A stretch of 64,000 nt of DNA, from NCBI GenBank assembly GCA_030704615.1, contig CM060733.1, positions 76,583,551 through 76,647,550 on the forward strand, given 5' to 3'. This DNA comes from Takakia lepidozioides (lineage: Eukaryota > Plantae > Bryophyta). Each line of letters starts with the position of its first letter. Position 1 is the first letter of the stretch. Positions 62,003 through 64,000 of the stretch are shown here, piece by piece. The notes under the pieces were generated by a model that saw only the letters and a program-made list of their open reading frames with translations, was not told where the DNA came from and ran no database searches. The translations under genes were made by a program, and so were the position numbers.

Positions 62003-63597
62003 CTACCCATGTGTTGTATCCCGCTGCAAAAGAGTATCGACCTCGTTGAAACTCATAGTGGCCTGGTGAATGAAGTTGTCACGTTTGGGATCGCAAACCA
62101 TCCTCCTCAAAAATATGAAATACAAATGTTTTGCAGGGTATGAATTTACCTCTCTTGCCCAAACTGGTTGATAGCATATTCACAAAATCAGGACATGTGC
62201 AATTGGGGAAATTGGAAACCGTGATGTCGTAGGTCCTGTCATGAACAGCAGATGTGGAAGTGATGATTGTGAATACCCGACCATATCCTGGATCGGGTAC
62301 TTCCGTGGTGCTTCCGACACGAGCTTGGAGCATTCTTGCGGACTCCACTTTGCCAAAGTGTTCAGCGGTTGGAGGGAAACGCCGAACGAGCTTTCCATCT
62401 CGTTTGGTTGGCCACAAGTCAGGATTTGCCGGGGGGACCCGGGAGGATGCACAAGTAGTAGCACATGCATGGAGTTGGGGTTGTCTCGCAAGGGAAAAAC
62501 CTGCCTCCTCCAGCATTTCAATCTCCTGAAAGCTGAGATGTGTTCCCACCTTCACGGGCCAAACGGTTGGAGGAGATGGCTTCATCACTACGGAAGGACG
62601 CACAGTTCCATGCACACATCTGGCACAATCATCTGCGCAGAACCAGAACTAGTGGTTCTTGGCTTCTGGTTGACCGTATGGACGCATCAAGCCCGTGAAA
62701 GTCGGAGCAGGAGTTCGGGCACCACCTCTGGATATAGATGAAGTGCACTTCTCGAAATTAGTTGCCCTGATCGATGTACATTTCACATGAGACCCGACAC
62801 TTGTGCGTTCTATGTGCCAAACGTGGTCGGGGCATGCGGACTCAAGCACATCAAGGGGGTTGTTTCTCTCCTGCACCATTTCAGTGGCACGGTTTGATGT
62901 TGGAGCTTGCCGTCGTGTTGGAGGTTCCTCCACAATGGAGGTTCCGGACATGGAGCTGTCATGCAGGGGAACACGAGGCTTCAAGAAGTTATCACGGTCT
63001 GCCCTGTGGGAATCTGAATCCGAACCAGGTGGAGTGTTCAATTTCCTCTTACAGGAGCCGAATCTCTCCTCCCCTTCAAGATGTGGAACTCTAGAAACAA
63101 GTGGCGTTCCCTGGGCATACATGCTCACCGCCCGTGCTATCTTGATTGGATCCCCAGATCTGTTTGCAGCACGCAACATCAACTCCCATTTGTCCGAACC
63201 CTTGCCACCAACCCCACCTCGTAAGAAATCACGGTATCTGGTTTGTTGTTGCAAGGCACGTAACAAATCATCTGTTGTTGCCACATACAAATCCCGACCT
63301 CGTTTCCCAGACTGCTGCAACCATGCATTGTGCACAGTTTCTGCCAAATTGCAAGATGGCATGTCCGCCATTTCCTCAATGGACATGTTCTGCAAAGAGG
63401 ATAACCACACTTCAGAACAGTGCACAGGAAACAACATAAAGAAAGCAATGAGTCAAAAATATGGAAAGCAAATGTATGAATAAAACATGAAATAGAAGCC
63501 TCGTACCATTGTCATGGCTGCTCCCCACTGTCTATACCGGAAGTGCCAAAACGCCAGCCAATCTTCCAATGCTCTCATACTCTCAAGTGATGCAGCT
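62003..63597 (-). pseudogene. MULE transposase C-terminal part with SWIM zinc finger (intron ~63506-63390; frameshifts)
   Basis: GAASLESMRALEDWLAFWHFRYRQWG; CNLAETVHNAW (third catalytic E region); SWIM YDITVSNFPNCTCPDF...PCK. Confidence 0.85.
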
Positions 63598-64000
63598 CCC
63601 AGAATCTGGCTTCACAAGCCTTTATAAATAAAATTGATTTTATAAATAAAACCATGAAAAATATTTTAGTATACAGAAATAAATAATTTAAAATATATAT
63701 ATTTTACAAAGTGATTAACCTTTAAATTCTTGTAGAATAAATTTATGTTAGCTAATTCGTTTTCACAAACCTGAAAACATGGCCTTGAAACTTTAATTTT
63801 TCTGCCAGAAGCACCCAATGCATGTAGCACCTGGATGATCTCCATCGTCCTATGGACATACTCAGATCTGCACGATTACAGAACTACTCACTGAGGATCG
63901 TAAGGACGAGATTGCATGCCGAAGAGATGAGCTAGAATCGTCCCCTGGCTGAGCTCAACAGCGTCACAGTGAAACCCTAGCGTGCAGATGGAGATGGAGA

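Larger units (their letters stand above)
47803..63597. mobile_element. Mutator-like (MULE) element, ~11.3 kb, now split: 47803-56874 plus the inverted piece 63597->61353
   Basis: 9-10-bp TSD CAAAAGCAGG at 47793-47802, with its reverse complement at 61343-61352. Both ends carry GGCGTGAGC-n-CACGTGAGCGCG repeats. It contains a MULE transposase. Confidence 0.88.
42417..63616 (+). mobile_element. Ty3/Gypsy LTR retrotransposon (full extent including nested insertions and internal inversion), 4-bp TSD AGCC
   Basis: TGTGAAG at 42417 and CTTCACA at 63616 are flanked by AGCC (42413-42416, 63617-63620). Two LTR copies, a PBS, gag and pol become collinear once 56875-63597 is re-inverted. Confidence 0.85.

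Overview
Eukaryotic, repeat-rich genomic DNA, most likely from a non-seed land plant (tandemly amplified PLS-class PPR genes, a DUF810/unc-13-like gene with GT-AG introns). There is one apparently intact host gene (unc-13/PATROL1-like, 9179-14527, running into a 500-N gap). Around it lie three PPR pseudogene blocks, a LINE, a PHD-finger Gypsy fragment, a solo LTR, and CACTA and hAT relics. The right third (42417-63616) is one Ty3/Gypsy element (TGT...ACA ends, 4-bp TSD AGCC). Its gag was hit by a 2.85-kb Pack-hAT carrying PPR fragments and by an ~11.3-kb Mutator-like element, and a 6.7-kb inversion (56875-63597) then rearranged the nest. The Mutator-like element is the highlight. It pairs a GCM-MULE-SWIM transposase with a divergent, multi-intron cargo gene encoding a ParB/Srx-like domain plus a beta-class N6A/N4C DNA methyltransferase-like domain. 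Two introns of that gene hold ~11 copies of a 24-bp parS-like palindrome (GTGAATGTCGT-CA-ACGACATTCAC). A related non-autonomous element at 19.2-21.7 kb has its own palindrome array with the same CGT-CA-ACG core but different arms. All domain calls are by eye from motifs; no database searches were run.
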